From a virus (Duplodnaviria; Heunggongvirae; Uroviricota; Caudoviricetes), in the IMG/VR virus record IMGVR_UViG_2728369554_000019: DNA of 7,959 bases. One strand, given 5' to 3'. A program made the position numbers and the translations under genes. The notes under the pieces are model-generated. The model did not search any database. It was given only the letters and a program-made list of their open reading frames with translations, and was not told the origin of the DNA. Of this stretch, positions 6,538-7,959 are shown in pieces; the stretch's first letter is position 1; every line of letters starts with the position of its first letter.

Positions 6538-6858
6538 CGTGATCTTGCCGCTCGCGTGCGTGATCGTTATGACATGTACCTGAAATCCCTGCCTGTACCG
6601 CAGCTCGCTGACGGAAAGATTGTTATTGATGGTCGCTACATGATTGACAGCCACGAGGGAAATTACAGGCTTTACCGCATTGAAGGTGGCACCCCGTCCG
6701 TTATTGGCATTTACCAGCGCCCATCCTCTGCAATCGTCGATGTGATTGCCGACAGCATCCGCATCACACATCGCCATGCCGACACAGAAGACACCGTGCT
6801 GGAAATTCAGCGGCTGGCTACAGTCTGCCGCGACACCCTGAATGGCATGACGAAGTAA
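6538..6858 (+). CDS. Second copy of the 121-aa hypothetical gene, 5'-truncated at the gap (lacks the first ~15 codons)
   Basis: In-frame translation from 6538 (RDLAARVRDRYDMYLKSLPVPQ...GMTK) matches residues 16-121 of the 5777..6142 product with a few substitutions. The M at 6556 in the ORF track is an internal GTG. Confidence 0.5.
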   Translation, partial: RDLAARVRDRYDMYLKSLPVPQLADGKIVIDGRYMIDSHEGNYRLYRIEGGTPSVIGIYQRPSSAIVDVIADSIRITHRHADTEDTVLEIQRLATVCRDTLNGMTK

Positions 6859-6864
6859 ATCACT

Positions 6865-7959
6865 ATGACGGCAGAGTACATCAGGGACTGGCAACAACCG
6901 CGCCACGCAGTGGGGCGTGAAGGAACGGGGATCCCCGCTCCTGAATCCGCGCTTTCCTCCTGGCTGGATGCCTACCGGGTAGAGAACGAGCGCCGCCAGG
7001 AAATGGCTGATGCGGCGTTCTCCGCCACGCCGCTGGGCAACCTGATTAATAAAAACCTGGACGCACAGGAAAAACAGGACAAAACCATCACACTGGCAGG
7101 AGACGCCAGAAAACAGGCACGCGGCGCGGTGGATGAAGCCATGGCCTCGCTGCGCCTGCTGCCGTCCTATCTGCGCGATCCGCTTATTCGCCACCTCTCC
7201 TTCCTGCGCAAAAAACAGGAAGCCGATCGCCGGAAAGGCAAAAAGAGCTGGCAGGCGGAACGCTATGCACGCGGAACCCTGCGCAAAATATTCGAACGTC
7301 TGGATCGCACTGACGGACACTGGCTGACACCGGGTTATCGCTCCCTTGCCGGACGCGAACGCCTGGACGATTTGCTTTACCTGCCGCAGCTCAACAAACA
7401 CCAGATACAGACGCTGGCCACCATGACGGCGGCGATGTTCAGCAGCACCTTCGAAAAACTCTGCGATGGATTTGGCGCGACCGATGGCGAACTGACCATG
7501 GATGTAACGCTGAAGGCGTATCAGATGCTGGCCCGCATGGCGTTACACCTGCACATCATGCCTCCACATTATGACGCACTGACAACAGATAAAGACCGGA
7601 GGAACGAACCGGACACGGAGCTGCTGCCGGGCGCAATCCTTCGCCTGACCTGTGCTGAATGGTGGAAACGCAAACTGTGGCTGTTACGTTGCGAGTGGAG
7701 AGAAGAACAACTCCGCGCCGCCTGTCTGGTTTCCAGAAAAACATCGCCCTATCTGAGCCAGGACGCATTAAGCGAGTTTCGCGCACAGCGCGAGAAAACA
7801 CGCGATTTCCTGAAAAGTTTCATGCTGGAAAACGAAGACGGGTTCACGATTGATCTCGAGACAGTGTATTACGCGGGAGTAAGTAACCCGGTTCACCGTA
7901 AGGCAGAAATGATGGCCACCATGAAGGGGCTGGAACTTCTGGCCGAAGCCCGTGGCGAC
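6865..7959 (+). CDS. Replication initiation protein, P2/186 gpA-like (rolling-circle replication endonuclease); 5' complete, 3' partial, runs off the window
   Basis: ATG at 6865; 365 codons to the window end with no stop. Position as the last large gene of the early operon and sequence character recall gpA (Phage_GPA family), but this is from memory, not a search. Absent from the ORF track, presumably because it has no in-window stop. Confidence 0.6.
   Translation, partial: MTAEYIRDWQQPRHAVGREGTGIPAPESALSSWLDAYRVENERRQEMADAAFSATPLGNLINKNLDAQEKQDKTITLAGDARKQARGAVDEAMASLRLLPSYLRDPLIRHLSFLRKKQEADRRKGKKSWQAERYARGTLRKIFERLDRTDGHWLTPGYRSLAGRERLDDLLYLPQLNKHQIQTLATMTAAMFSSTFEKLCDGFGATDGELTMDVTLKAYQMLARMALHLHIMPPHYDALTTDKDRRNEPDTELLPGAILRLTCAEWWKRKLWLLRCEWREEQLRAACLVSRKTSPYLSQDALSEFRAQREKTRDFLKSFMLENEDGFTIDLETVYYAGVSNPVHRKAEMMATMKGLELLAEARGD

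Noticed and set aside
5822-7242. Possibility that the tandem repeat is a CRISPR array, iteron cluster or IS element
   Set aside because: Only two copies, each 705 bp and protein-coding, with no short repeat-spacer periodicity, no terminal inverted repeats and no transposase. It is a gene-segment duplication or an assembly overlap.
5612-7401. Two long minus-strand ORFs (288 aa at 5612..6478 and 316 aa at 6451..7401) antisense to the replication region
   Set aside because: They lie antisense to well-supported + strand genes, have no SD or coupling context, are duplicates because of the repeat, and show Arg/Gly/Ala/Cys-rich composition typical of open antisense frames in GC-rich coding DNA.
7133-7853. 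Short ORFs (7133..7327 +, 7556..7801 -, 7659..7853 +) within the gpA-like gene
   Set aside because: Alternative-frame or antisense ORFs inside a long uninterrupted reading frame with a coherent replication-protein-like translation.

Overview
This window looks like the left (lysogeny/early) arm of a P2/186-family temperate phage or prophage, probably in an enterobacterial host. A complete tyrosine integrase (1..1002, minus strand) ends at the window edge, so the attachment site and any tRNA lie outside the window to the left. Upstream of int on the same strand is a tight leftward operon: an HTH-XRE regulator (putative immunity repressor, 2051..2455), a 216-aa tail-anchored membrane protein (1385..2035) and a 115-aa signal-peptide protein (1008..1355). 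The two unknown genes between repressor and int are AT-rich relative to the rest of the window and are the best candidate here for an undescribed prophage-encoded exclusion or defense module. A short switch region (2456..2530) carries an 18-bp palindrome and a TTGACA box. From 2531 a rightward early operon of small genes runs to a P2/186 gpA-like replication gene that continues past the window end (6865..7959). Three N-runs (3318..3413, 4088..4283, 6527..6536) interrupt genes, and the 10-N run sits exactly between two about 95% identical 705-bp direct copies. No rRNA, tRNA, CRISPR array or IS element was seen. All product calls rest on reading the translations by eye; no database search was run.
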